Source of the DNA: Octopus sinensis
Lineage: Eukaryota
NCBI RefSeq assembly: GCF_006345805.1
Contig: NC_043002.1
Location: 71,486,001-71,550,000 of the forward strand
Length of the DNA stretch: 64,000 bases
Reading direction: 5' to 3'
Shown: piece by piece, positions 12,504-25,504 of the stretch
How the letters are laid out: every line of letters begins with the position of its first letter
Numbering within the stretch: the first letter of the stretch is position 1
The notes under the pieces: generated by a model
Database searches by the model: none
What the model was told of the DNA's origin: nothing
What the model saw: only the letters and a program-made list of their open reading frames with translations
Made by a program: the position numbers and the translations under genes

Positions 12504-12554
<51 letters not shown>

Positions 12555-12686
12555 TTAGGCAGATGAAAGATATGTGTTTATCTGTGTTGCGTTGTATAGT
12601 TTTGCTCATACATACATACGCCCATATATATTTTATATTAAATATATATATATATATATATATATTTTATATTAAATATTAATATA

Positions 12687-12768
<82 letters not shown>

Positions 12769-12769
12769 T

Positions 12770-12816
<47 letters not shown>

Positions 12817-12957
12817 TATATATATATGTCTATATATATATATATATATTATATATATATATATTAAATAAGCGGGATCAGCCATCTGAATGTGGCTAGG
12901 GACAGGGCGGGGTGTTGGGGGTGTTACTGATGCATTTAGCCCCATATATATATATAT

Positions 12958-13016
<59 letters not shown>
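12415..13016. repeat. (GATA)n and long (TA)n arrays surrounding a 75-bp GC-rich island
   Basis: Directly visible. Confidence 0.95.
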
Positions 13017-13022
<6 letters not shown>

Positions 13023-13029
13023 AAATGGA

Positions 13030-13390
13030 AAGATGAATTATCTTGTTACGGATTATTCAAAAGTTTAACCGATACCTGGGTAGCAAAAATCACAGCAGAA
13101 AAAACACCGGTTGGAGTAAGGACCATATGGTGTTGCAACTGTGCGTTGGTGCGGATAATTGAAGTTTAATATAATTAGTGAATGGAAGAAATGGAGTTGA
13201 ACGAAGATTGTACAGAATTCCTTTTATTACATTCTACACATGTTTCAAAGGCCACAATTTTCCAAATTCTGATTAAATAAGGATACCATATTGCAGCTTT
13301 CTCTTCAGGAAAAACCAGGAATTACGTTGTCAGAACAAAACAAAACAGAGGCGCAGCAAAGCAATTCGAACGAGGACGCTCCTTAAGAGC
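13030..13390 (+). mobile_element. Decayed Tc1-type transposase N-terminus (HTH region)
   Basis: AKITAEKTPVGVRTIW, VSKATIFQILIK*GYH and EKPGITLSEQNK resemble the Tc1 HTH1, VSxxTIxRxLxxxG and KKPxLS motifs. Heavily disrupted. Confidence 0.4.
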
Positions 13391-13494
13391 CCATGGGTAA
13401 AAAAAAAAAAAATTGTGGCCTTTGAAACATGTGTAGAATTTAATAAAAGGAATTCTGTACAATCTTCGTTCAACTCCATTTCTTCCATTCACTA
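13176..13494. repeat. 86-bp inverted repeat (85/86 identical), 147-bp spacer
   Basis: 13176-13261 equals the reverse complement of 13409-13494 except for one base (TTATTACATT vs TTATTAAATT). Confidence 0.95.
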
Positions 13495-13496
13495 TA

Positions 13497-14217
13497 TAAC
13501 GGACATAGAACAATAATAAGCTGACCAAGACCAAGGAAATGAAGATCTACCAGGCATGTGTACTTAGCACTCTACTGCATCGAAGTGAGACTTGGACGCA
13601 ATACACACGCCAAGAGCGTCGCCTAAACATCTTTCACCTGCGCTGCCTCCGGAAAATCCTCCGCATCAAATGGCAGAATCATATCCCCAACAAAGATGTC
13701 CTCCAGCAAGCAGGAATACCAAGCATGTTTGCACTCCTCACACAAAGACGTATGAGATGGCTTGGACCGTATGAAAGATGGCAGAATCCCCAAGGCCATA
13801 CTCTACGGAGAGCTTGCTAGGGGTACTAGGTCTGTGGGAAGACCGTTCTTACGTTACAAGGATGTTTGCAAAAGGGACATGAATGCCTGCAACATCAATA
13901 TTAGCAATTGGGAAGTAGTTGCCAGCAACCGTGGAGATTAGGGACGTACCGTAAAAGAGGAAATACAAAGGAGTGACAGAGAGAGAGAGAGGGGAGAAAT
14001 AGAAAGACAAGAAAAGACGTCAACAAGAAACTATGACATTACAACCAGCCAGGAACAGTCTTCGCTACATTTGCGCTACCTGCCAGAGGGAGTGTTTGTC
14101 CAGGATAGGACTACACAGCCACAGCAGGAACTGTATCAGGACATGAAATGTAAAAGCCGGACTAGACTATTTTATGCGCAACTCCACATCTCCCGAGACA
14201 AAAAGGATGCCAACAAC
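13497..14217 (+). mobile_element. RTE-clade (BovB-like) LINE, 5'-truncated 3' portion
   Basis: NNNKLTKTKEMKIYQACVLSTLLHRSETW...FHLRCLRKILRIKWQ...RRMRWLG / MKDGRIPKAILYGELARGTRSVGRPFLRYKDVCKRDM, a C2H2-like YICATCQRECLSRIGLHSHSRNC, and 3' end GGATGCCAACAAC. Confidence 0.92.
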
Positions 14218-14288
<71 letters not shown>

Positions 14289-14318
14289 ATATATATATAT
14301 ATAATATTTATATATATA

Positions 14319-14475
14319 TATGGAAAAAGTCAAGGAAAAAATACTAAATTTAATTTGTAAAAAAATATTTCAGTACCGGTTTCGGTTATTGAGACTTTTC
14401 AGCTGTAAGTATGGAAAACTGAAATGTTTTTTATAAAATTATTTTAGCATTTTTCTACCTTGACTTTTTTCCATA
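14319..14475. repeat. Imperfect ~56-bp inverted repeat enclosing a hammerhead-like motif (possible Penelope pseudo-LTR relic)
   Basis: 14319-14374 pairs with 14418-14475. The minus strand between them reads CAG-CTGAAAA-GTCTCAATAACC-GAAACCGGTA-CTG. Confidence 0.5.
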
Positions 14476-14502
14476 CACATGTCGACTCGTGCTATATATA
14501 TA

Positions 14503-14662
14503 TACGAAAGGCTTCTTTGAGTTTCCGTCTACCAAATCCACTCACAAGGCTTTGGTTAGCCCGAGGCTACAGTAGAAGACACTTATCCAAGGTTCCACGC
14601 AGTGGCACCGAACCAGGAATCATGTGGTTTGTAATGAAGCTACTTACAACACAGCCATTCCT
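14503..14662 (-). mobile_element. SINE family A, 5' half
   Basis: Reverse complement of the family A head and CORE-like segment (TTTCCGTCTACCAAATCCACTCACAAGGCTTTGG). Confidence 0.85.
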
Positions 14663-14682
14663 GTGTGTCTCTTTTGACAATG

Positions 14683-14765
<83 letters not shown>

Positions 14766-17212
14766 TATTCTATATCATACATCATTTTATTCTAATGGAT
14801 GCTATTATGCACACAACCTTATCGATCACGATGTACTAATTCGACCTGCTCGCAATTGCAGTGAATTTTTCATCAAATCTTACACAGCTAACTTTAACAA
14901 ATGCTCAGATCCTTAGGCAATGTAATCACTGATATACCAAATGACGATGTAAAAATGTCTAGTCGATCAGATTTTATTTGTGGAAAACCATAATACTTTT
15001 ATGAAGAGCTAACGAAATATTAAAACTCTATGTAATTTTGAGAAGCTAGTCAGGTAGCTTTCATTGTGAACTCTTGTCTTATGATAATAAAACAAATAAT
15101 GATATATAATAATGCTAATTATCATAATAAAAGTAATTCTGTAAAAAACAATATTAAATCTAAAATTATAAAATGCCGCACCAGAAAAGGAATTCAGCTC
15201 TGATTACTCTAGGCATAGAGTCAATGTCACGGTTGCAATTTCCTGAATCATAGATTTGCAAGGTTAGATTTGATATAAGATCTTCCAACAAGAAAGATCC
15301 TCCTACAAGGAAGAAGTGCTCATCTTACATTTTCATCATTACTGCTCGATTATTGCTGTCTGCTACTCATATATTTATGTTTTTAATGACCTTTGACGCG
15401 TCTGAAATATCATCTCTGGACAAAAAACCGTCATAAATTTGCTATTCCGTGATTTTCTTGCGTAAAGTACGATACACAAATGGCAAAAACTATAGCGATG
15501 TTTTCTTGATACCTCATTCTGTTTTCAATAAATCATAGATTAAAGGAAGAAATGAGGATTTTCTTAGATAAGTATTTTTACTAATTCATTTTAAGCCACA
15601 GTGTAATAATTGGGGATGAAGCTGATAAACATTAATTCAATTCGATGCATATTTAAACGCAATTGATATATTTAATCTCCACAATTTCGTTTGTATATTT
15701 TCTGTTTTCCTTTTTCTCCTTATTCTTCTATTTTCCTTCTTTTTTTTAAAGTTCATTAACATACTTATGCGATTTTATAATAAAATTATACTAACTTATA
15801 CTAACATGCTTTTTATGACAATCCCACTAGGTTATTTATCACAGCTATAGCATTTTATCGATGAGGTAAAAAGTGTCTTCCCATTGGAAATTAGTGTTGT
15901 GACATTACACACATCGAGAATCGATAGCGAAATGTCCTTATGGTTTCTCTCTGCCAAGAACTGCTAAACAATGAGCTAATTCGATACCGGACCTGTCTTT
16001 GTGAATGCCTCTTTCCTCCATTTTACGGCCATCAGCATACCACAAAGGAATGTAAAAACGAGAACAAATGATTAATGTTGTTTGTTCGGAATTTATATAG
16101 AACCTCTGTAAGTGTACTGCATTAGTTCATCAATAGCCAAAATAAAAGAAAAAATATAATAATTATACCGCAGGTGTTACACGTTCTGTCATGTGCCTTT
16201 GTTTTAATCTTTTTATATAGATGTAAAGCAGTGTACATGACCATTTACAAGGCCACGGAGAGCGGTATCCTCGAATATGGAACTAAGTGAGAATACTTAC
16301 AACAAAGGGGATTCCGCTAGATGTACTCAAAGTATCACGTGGTGATGTTAAACATAGTGATAGAGTGAAAGTATAAAATTTTAAAAAATCGTAATCATTT
16401 ATTATTCAACCATGAAGCCATTTTCTGAACGTGTTACAATGTTTTTAATGCATTTGGGAAAGGTCATTTGCTTAGCTGATATGGCTTTTGTAAAGTAGTG
16501 AACATTTGTGAAACGTATTTTGTTTTTTGACAAATTCACAAAGGCAGTAAATATTACTTGTTGTCAGCCCCACAACCTCGCCTCCTCATGTATTTTGTAT
16601 AATGGGCCACAAACCACTTATAATACACCGAGAAATGTTATTTTGGAAAATACTTCACATAGCTGTAAGTTTTCATACATTACCAAATGAAGCAACAAAT
16701 GCTTACTTTTTTTTTATAGAAAATGTAATCCAGTAATAATGACGGGGCTGAATTCAGCATGCCTATTTCCAATATCTAACATGAAAATTCACTAAAACTA
16801 ATCAATGCTCTTTAGATACATTCAATATATTTGGTTCTATACTGTAATATATCAAATATAAAAATATCTGAGTATAATAGTAATATTATTAACACTTACA
16901 TAACCTCATAAAATTCTTCATTTGCTCGGCTGAGATGTTTGGCACTTTACAGTTAACAAGATTTTTTTTATTAATATTCCAGCTTAAACAAATCTATTTT
17001 AGACTTGCTCTTAAAGATTCTCTCTTGAGCGTTACAATTTTGCTAATATTAAGTAAAATAATTCATTGGCAAATTTAGCAACAGAAATTATTCTAAAAAC
17101 CATCCCAGTAAATAAATAAAATTGAAGTGTTATTCACTCACATTCTGTTATCAGGGATTTCTCCTAATGCTATTAAGCATTACGGGTATATACATACATA
17201 CATACATATTAT

Positions 17213-17258
<46 letters not shown>

Positions 17259-17999
17259 AATATATAATCGTATTTACAATATTTAACTGGAAAATATTAT
17301 CCTGAACTGAGGTTTTCTTTGTAAATGTAACCATTGTTTTGCCACATTCTCTCGAAAGATTATTTTAAACAGTTGTATTAAACTCAATGATAAATATATT
17401 CTGAAAAGCTCTTGATATGCGCAATATACACGCACATACAATTACACACACCTAAAATCACACGCACACGCACACACACAGACACACACACACAACCGCA
17501 CACCCACATATATATATATTTATACAACAATAGTTATATCTCCATTAAGCCTGACAACCATATGAAAATAAACATCTGTATTATATGTCATTAAAACATT
17601 CCAACCACCATATATATATATATATATATATATATAAGAAAGAGATCAGTTACTAGGGCTAGTTCTTCCACATTACCTCAGCATGTTGTTTTCTCTTTGC
17701 ACAATTGTCATTTCTGTTTCACAACAGTTATGTAACATTTCTTTTCACAGGAACTATGTAAATCCTTAAACTCAGTTTTCATATTTGAAATCTCTAGTTA
17801 ACAAACTAAACCTTAATGGAGGATAACCTATCGGAGATAAATCCTTCGTACTAAGCCAGCAATAATGTGCGCCTTTTAACCTACTAACCAAAGAATATTC
17901 GTTTTTATAAAGGATATTTTTCTGCTATAAAACAATTCTCATCATTTAGGAGATTATACATCTGAGATATTAAAATATGTAATGCAACTACATGAAATA

Positions 18000-18371
18000 C
18001 GAGCAAAACGCTCCCCGTCCAGTGGACGGTGCTGAGTTGTCAAACATTTAAACCAAATGTTCTCAAAACTTGTCCGACCGTGCCATTTTGTGGCATTATT
18101 TCAAGCCATTCGGCTTTTTGCGCGTGAACTGTACGTGCATTTCTCTCGCGTACGCGTAGTATCGATCGCAACCGCTGATGCACTTGCGCGTACAAATGCA
18201 CGTTCCCACGGCTTTATCGATTGCATTCTTACCTGGAATCGATTTTTGTCATTTTTTCAAGACTTATATCGTCGGTATCTACATATCAAATTTGAGCGCA
18301 ATTGGATGGAGGATGCCCGAGACACTAGAAGACACGCACAGAGACAGACAGAACGGATTTTAATTAATAGA
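18000..18371 (-). mobile_element. Non-autonomous Helitron, family H2
   Basis: Minus strand 5' A|TCTATTAATTAAAATCC with subterminal (CTGT)n, and 3' hairpin CCGTCCACTGGACGG then CTCG|T (one mismatch from CTAG). Confidence 0.65.
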
Positions 18372-18589
18372 TAATGAGGATTGCATTTTCACCTAATTTG
18401 ACAACTTAGTTCTGACTTTAATCAGATGAGTTTGATGGTATATGAACAAGTATAGAAAAATCGACATATTTAATTATGAACCTTTGAAAAAAGACAAACG
18501 TCGGCTTTCTAAAATGCTTAAGACTTAGAGAGCTTAATCCAGTATTCTCAATTTCCTACAAGGCAGTGATTGCAAGTTTGGCAGTCGAT

Positions 18590-18690
18590 AACATAAACCC
18601 AGTGTTCAACCGCTATTTATTTTATCGACTCCGAAAAGATGAAAGCCAAAGTTCACCTCGGTGAGATTTGAACTCGGTACGTAAAGAGCC
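18590..18690 (-). mobile_element. SINE family B, degenerate partial
   Basis: TATCGACTCCGAAAAGATGAAAGCCAAAGTTCACCTCGGTGAGATTTGAACTC aligns to the family B reverse complement. Confidence 0.65.
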
Positions 18691-19979
18691 AAATATGGTT
18701 TTTCACCTATTTTGATGTCTTATGTTGCCTTGATACCTCATATTTTTTCAGGAAGGTTGTAACTGAATTTAATTACCTCAGGAACTTCCCGATGGTATCA
18801 AAAACACTTGGAACTATTAAGAAATGAAATGTAAATTGACTCCAGCACAATTAAATCTAAACTACAGAAGGCAGCAAGTCAATATTGTAATGGTCGTCTA
18901 CTATTTCATTTACTCAACCAATAATCTTTCTTGAAATAATCCAGAAAAATTTATAGCTTAATGGTTCTCAGATATTGAAAGTGATACCTCAGGCCCAGTT
19001 CACTTCTTTCAATACCATTAGCCTAAATATCTATCTTTTTTTATATACAGTAATTGATTCCATTATGAATAAGGAAGTTGATGTTTATTATATAAAGTCT
19101 TTCAATTATTTATATAAATAATAAAGTATATATTTGTACCATTGAAATAGAAACGCAAATAAATACTTCAGTGCGAATATATTTGTAAGATGCAACATTT
19201 CAGCAATTTCCTCCAATATAGGCTTTAATAACTTGACAAATTGTTTGATGATATTTATAAATAAAGTCTTATAATAATTTGTGCTTTCGATTTGCTGCAA
19301 AATATCAATATTTATACTGGAGCAGGTCCCAACAAACCATTTATTAGAGCTCAAATGACGGTGATGTTATATTTTAGTGCCAAATAAGAAAAAAAAAACG
19401 TTACCTTATTACATTTAAATCGATAGTGCCAATATAGTTTCACACGAGTTTACTTTATCGACTTATAACTGTTCAAGCTGTGTGTATTTGCTAACATTCT
19501 TCAAACATTAAAGAATTTATTAACATTGTTTGGCTACCATTCTAAACAGTTTCTCTATATATTAAATGATTTGCATATTGAATATTTATTGATGAAATTA
19601 ATGAAGTGGAATAAACAAAATAGAGTTTTGTTTCTTTGCATTTTAATGCAAAATATTCCAAACCTATATAAAGCTATTTGATAGTCAATTTCAATATCAG
19701 CGAGAGATATTAAATCAAAAACGTCTGAAAGATTTAGTGATAGAGATGTTTGCATAGCAGTTCAGAAATATCAGGTAATAACCGTAAAGGTAACATAGTA
19801 TGCTATATACGTATATTAAATATATATCTATAAACGACTGAGTACTTGCCAGGTAAGCATCAAAACGGAAAACAGCACATGCGTGTAATGTTAATATAGA
19901 ATGACAGCTTCATATACGTATATGTGTTTGTGTGTCTGTATGTATGTGTTTACATCATCTATATCATCTGTTTGTATGA

Positions 19980-20034
19980 ATGTATATGTATATATGTACT
20001 TGTCTATCTATCATTGATCTCCATCTCTCTCTCT

Positions 20035-20072
<38 letters not shown>

Positions 20073-20271
20073 TATATATAATATATATATATATAGATAT
20101 ATATATATATATAATATATATATTATACATATATATACATATATATATATATAATATATATATATATTATATATATATATATACATATATACATATATAT
20201 ATATATACAATATATATATATATATATATATATATAGATATATATATATATATAATATATATATATGTATA

Positions 20272-20314
<43 letters not shown>

Positions 20315-20334
20315 ATATACATATATATACATAT

Positions 20335-20374
<40 letters not shown>

Positions 20375-20375
20375 G
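19980..20375. repeat. Long interrupted (TA)n array
   Basis: Directly visible. Confidence 0.95.
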
Positions 20376-21374
20376 GGTATGTATAAGCATATAGTCATAT
20401 ATTCACACACCTGCACACATGTTTGTTTTCGAAAGTGATATTTTTATTACGTAGAAGTTAATATCCTGTTATCACAACATGATTTGAACGAGATTTATAT
20501 GTATTTTTTGAGGAGTCATTTCTCTGTTGGAACATTGAGCTTGGTTCTTCAGAATAACGAAACGTGTACCACGACCACTACTACTGTCACTGCCGCTGAT
20601 AGCGATAAATTTTTAAATGTTGTCGTATCTATTCACAGGCTACTGGAGCCGAACTTGAGAATTACGTGTTTCAGTGAAAAACACGGGTCAATATCAATGA
20701 CAACATACTTTTTGAGTCCCCATATTCAGATTGGGTTGTAAGAAGTCACAACATGCTGTAGATTATTTCTCTCCGCCTTTCACGGGCGATGTCTATCCAT
20801 CTTCTCTTCTGTTCACCTCATTTTCTGGGGGTTTTTTCCCCGTTTATCCGTTAAGAATGGGCTTAGTAAGTTCACTGGTCCTTGCTAAATGACAACAGTG
20901 TCTCAGCTTTCTTGTATTCAACGACGTGTTGTGTTGATGAGAATGAATATATAGAGATATGAAGTACCCTATGACTAGTATCCGGTGCTCTATATGTTCT
21001 TCCAATTGCAGGTTAAGGTACCTACACAAGTGTACTGAAGATAACTTTAGATAATTCCTGTATAGAATTGCCGAATAACCAGCCGCACTGACGAGATGCC
21101 ATCGATTCATATCAGTGGCAATATAGTTAATTTTCAAATGACTTAGACCAAGTTCATGGAGGAAAAGGTATCTAGAAGAATGAACGACACATTATTACAC
21201 AGCGGCAATATGAAGTTTAAAATATCATAATTTATGGGGGAAAGGCAAATAGCACTAGCTTTATTCGTATCGTTTACTTGTTTCTCTCGGTGGACAGCGG
21301 ACTTGCTTCGGCATCGCCTTCTCGAGTTTTAGACGCATAAATCGATCACAGTACACATATTGCTTTTATGTCTA

Positions 21375-21478
21375 ATATTAATTCTATACGTACTTTTTGC
21401 TGAAACGCTCCGTTACGGAGAAGTAAACAAATCAATTATGGTTTTCGAGCGGTGTGGAGCCAAATGCAGACACAAAGG

Positions 21479-21510
<32 letters not shown>

Positions 21511-21530
21511 CATATTCATGCATCCCCCCC

Positions 21531-21563
<33 letters not shown>

Positions 21564-21695
21564 ACAAGCTTCCACACGATTTCTTTTCACCCACAAATCT
21601 CTGGTCCACCCGCGGCAATTGTTGGAGATACTTGTTTAATGCGGTAAGCAGTGAGACTTGACCGTAAGCGTGTTTTTAACCACCCAACCATGCCT
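21375..21695 (-). mobile_element. SINE family A, old degenerate copy
   Basis: CTTTTTGCTGAAACGCTCCGTTACGGAGAAGTAAAC (tail side), an internal CA/TA tract, and a head-like TTTTTAACCACCCAACCATGCC. Confidence 0.55.
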
Positions 21696-22334
21696 TCACC
21701 AATGGCAATTTCCATAATTTAATTCTAAAAATAATATCGCAACAAGTACAAAGCAGCTGGAACAAGTTGTATCAACACGGTAAATACTGGGATAAAATCT
21801 TCCGTATTGGGGTATAATCCCACACGTAATAACACTGTAGTTATTTCTTTAGTCAGAAAGCATAGTTTCATTATTAAAAGACAATCATATTTCATTCATA
21901 GGTAATATAATTTTCAGTTGGTCATCGCAATTCATTCTTTATTATCTCATCTTAATTGGCATGCTTCACTCTTAGTATTAAAGAACCGAGATCATAAACA
22001 TTTTAAATTTTGCGTGAAACTAATTCTCTGGAGTCAGCCAAAGTACAGCTGAAATAAGCCACTGCAACAAAATAGGTCATTCCTGTCCCGCTACCTGACT
22101 CTCCTGCAGACTGTAAGTTGATATAAGCAAGAAACAAGAAGGAGAAAAATGCAAAGAAAAGGAAGAAAAATAAAAGCAAAGTATTCCAAACAATGGCAAA
22201 AGAAAAAATGCATTGCATATATGAGAAGTCACCAATTTTTCAAACATTGAAAAAAGAAAACAACATGAATGCATTAAGAATAAAAAATCAAGCATGCGAA
22301 AAAAAAAAGACAATAGCAGGCACTAAGGATCAGT

Positions 22335-23990
22335 TCATATACAGATAGTTTCACAAAGCATCTCGAGCCAATGGACACGTTGGCCTCTGCGAGTTGTCGT
22401 AATGTATCTTGTGAAGATGGACGAGATGTCTGTGGAGCAGTGTGTATTAGGGTGTATGTGTGTGTGGGATGTATGTGACTCCGGTGTATTAGCTTCTGTG
22501 TAGGCCCTCTTGATCCTATCCACAGAGACAGTGACTCGGGAACCATTAAAGTATATAGTAGCATGTTTGTCTGAGCGTGCAAGCACACGATAATGTCCAG
22601 GCTATGGTGGAGTGAGAAGACTTCTCACTACGTCACTTTTGACGAACGCATAGGTCCACGAGTCAATGTTCACCCGGACCGAAGGTTTATCGGCTTAGTG
22701 TTCCTGGGTAGCAGGGCTTGAAAGTATGCACGCAAGCCGCTCAGAGTGCGGGACCCTTAGTAGAAAGTTTGACTAGGGCGAGCATCTTCCCCGGCAAAGA
22801 CAACGGAGTACCATTCAGAAGCTCGGAGTACCATTCGAAATCCTCCTTGAACGTAGTCCGAATGCGAAAGAGTACAATGAGGTAGTACTCGCTTCAGCGT
22901 TGAGTATCAGGGTAGGCATGAAACGCTGCTTTCAACTGGCTATGGAAGCGTTCCACCCTTTCAATATGTGCAGGATGATAACTGGTAGTACGGATCCGTT
23001 CTGCATCGATGATCTTAGTAAATTCCGCAAAAACGTGAGATTGAAACTGTCTACCAGTCTGAAGTTATAGTGGTAAGAACATCGTAACGCGATATCCGTC
23101 CTAATACCCAAGCTCGCACTAAAGTTTCCGCAGAAATATTAGTTAATGAAATGGCTTCAGGCCAGCGAGTGAACCGGTCAATGCAGATCAGGTTATGTAA
23201 ATTCTTGACTGAGAGGCCAGGGTCGAACGAGATCAATACGAATGTAGTGAAAACGTCCATCAGGAGTATTAAAAATGCCGAGAGGGGCATGGATGTGTTT
23301 ATGCACGTTTGTGTATTGGAGGCAAGATCGAGAACATTCAGTAATATCCCGTCTCGTATTTGGCCAGAAGTATTTAGCCGTCATGAGCTTTACTGAAGCT
23401 GAGACTCCAGGGTGCGAAAGACTGTGCAAAGCTGCGAATACAGCTCGTTGATGGGCCTCTGGGACGAAGGAACGAGGCGAATCCGTTGACACGTCACACA
23501 ATATCTGTTTGTCAGATGTTGGTAGAGGCAGATACTTGAATTTGCATATCGCAAACTCAGAAGATGTGTCAAGAGAGTCTAGAGGAGGTCGGTTGAGGAC
23601 AAAACAGTCAGATCAATCTCTGGAGTGGACGACAAAGAATTCACCGGCAGGCGGGACAATGTACCTGCAGCAGTGTTCTGAGCTCTGGGGATGCGTTGGA
23701 TATCACTGGTAAACTGCGATACGAAGTCCAGGTGTCTAGTCTCTCTCGGTGAATGCTTCTCAACCCTGGACCGCAAGGCAAATGTAAGGGGCTTCTGATC
23801 GATATAGATGATAAAGTTCATACCTTCAAGGATGTGCTGGAAATGATTTACGGACAGATAGATTGCCAACAATTTGCGACCAAATGTGCTGTAACGCGTC
23901 TCAGCAGGTTTCAGCTGCCGAAAGAAAAATGCAAGAGGTTGCAGGTAATATTTGTAAAGCAGCTGCAAAAGTAGCAGACATTTTTTAAAA
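22335..23990 (-). mobile_element. Ty3/Gypsy LTR-retrotransposon pol remnant (RNase H + integrase), pseudogenised
   Basis: RNase H QPLAFFFRQLKPAETRYSTFGRKLLAIY...IYIDQKPL...RHLDFVSQF. Integrase zinc finger LHSLSHPGVSAS...WPNTRRDITECSRSC, core RIDLVRPWP / CIDRFTRWPEAI...ITSD, and C-terminal VSVDRIKRAY...TRRGQRVHW. Many frameshifts, and no LTR was found. Confidence 0.93.
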
Positions 23991-25036
23991 CATACACTGC
24001 CGTCTCTTCTGCTAAAGGATCGAAGGTGGTGATCCAGCATGGCGGCAGTCCAATGACTGAAAGAATTAAAAAATAATACGTTTTTATATTTTTTTGGCAA
24101 GGATTGCATTTAATGTTTTAACAAGAATTTAAACACAAACTAAGAGGAGTTTTTTTTATGAACAAGGAGGAACATGCCCTTAAGGGATCTGTACACTCAT
24201 TTCAATCTAAATTTTATTTCATCATTTCAGAGACAGTACAATATTGGAAGATACGTTTTAGATAATTCTGATTTCAGTTTGTGATTAGATTACTTGTCTC
24301 ATGTTGACATTTTTGCTGTATATGCACTGAAATAGCCTTATATAATAGAATCTGCAGAGTACAGGTTGTGTAGCAGAATTTAATTTACGTGCATTTATGC
24401 TCTGAGTTTAAGTCCGAACGCTACAGGATTTTCCATTTCGTCTTCGATAAATAAGCACTATTTTACAATACTTCTCACGCAAATCATTTTACTTTGAAGC
24501 TAGTAAGGAAATTTCTTCGCTGTCTCTTTGTCTACCAGATAGGAATACCAGACATTCCTGCCTCGAATCACATGCCGCTACATAGAAATGGAACAATATA
24601 TTGAATAACGTAGTGCTTGAAGTATTATGTTTCAACGAATTTTTGGATTGTAGGAGATGATCACGAATCGGCCCCTCAGAGCTCATGTTTGTCTAATTAA
24701 CAACTTAATCAATTTATTGCACTGGAATTATATCATGTATATGATGCAGAAACTTATGCGTTTACGGGTACAGAACACAACTATGAAATTATCATCCTTG
24801 TTATTTTGTTTAGCTCATGGTTATATATTCCTTAATAAATATAAACGTCTTTTGCTGTTGGAGCTTAAATAGATTAGGTCAGTCAAAAGTATAGAACTTC
24901 TTATCTAATCGCGCACTGTATGACAAAATTATTTTCGGAGAAAGCCATAGAAGTAAATTAATTTTAAGAACACCTATCGGCAAGTTGAAAACTATATACA
25001 TACATACATACATACATACATACATACATACATACA

Positions 25037-25070
<34 letters not shown>

Positions 25071-25071
25071 C

Positions 25072-25110
<39 letters not shown>

Positions 25111-25498
25111 TTCTTTTACTTGGTTCATTTAATTTGACTGCGGCCATGCAGGAGCACCACGTTTAGTCGAGCAAATCGACCCCCAGGATTTATCATTTGT
25201 AAGCCTAGTACTTATTCTATCGGTCTCTTTTGCCGAACCGTTAAGTTACGGGGACGTAAACATACCAGCATCGGTTGCCAAGCGATGTTGGGGCGACATA
25301 CACGCACAAACATATATGCACATGAATATATATATATATATACGACGGGCTTCTTTCATTTTCCTTCTATCAAATCCACTCGCAAGGTTTTGGTGGGCCC
25401 GAGGCTAAAGTAGAAGACACTTGCCCAAGGTGTCACGCAGTGGGACTGAAACCGGAACCATGTGGTTGGTAAGCAAGCAACTTACCACACAGCCACTT
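25111..25498 (-). mobile_element. SINE family A, full length
   Basis: Head, CORE-like segment and tail all align with the 3677 copy. Confidence 0.9.
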
Positions 25499-25504
25499 CA
25501 TATA

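Noticed and set aside
20620-20741. Acceptor-like TATTCACAG followed by a short open frame
   Set aside because: There is no good in-frame donor or recognisable product, so it is compatible with chance.
22003-22313. Two hydrophobic ORFs resembling transmembrane helices
   Set aside because: They are the antisense of an A-rich purine stretch. The Phe/Leu richness is compositional, and there is no receptor motif.
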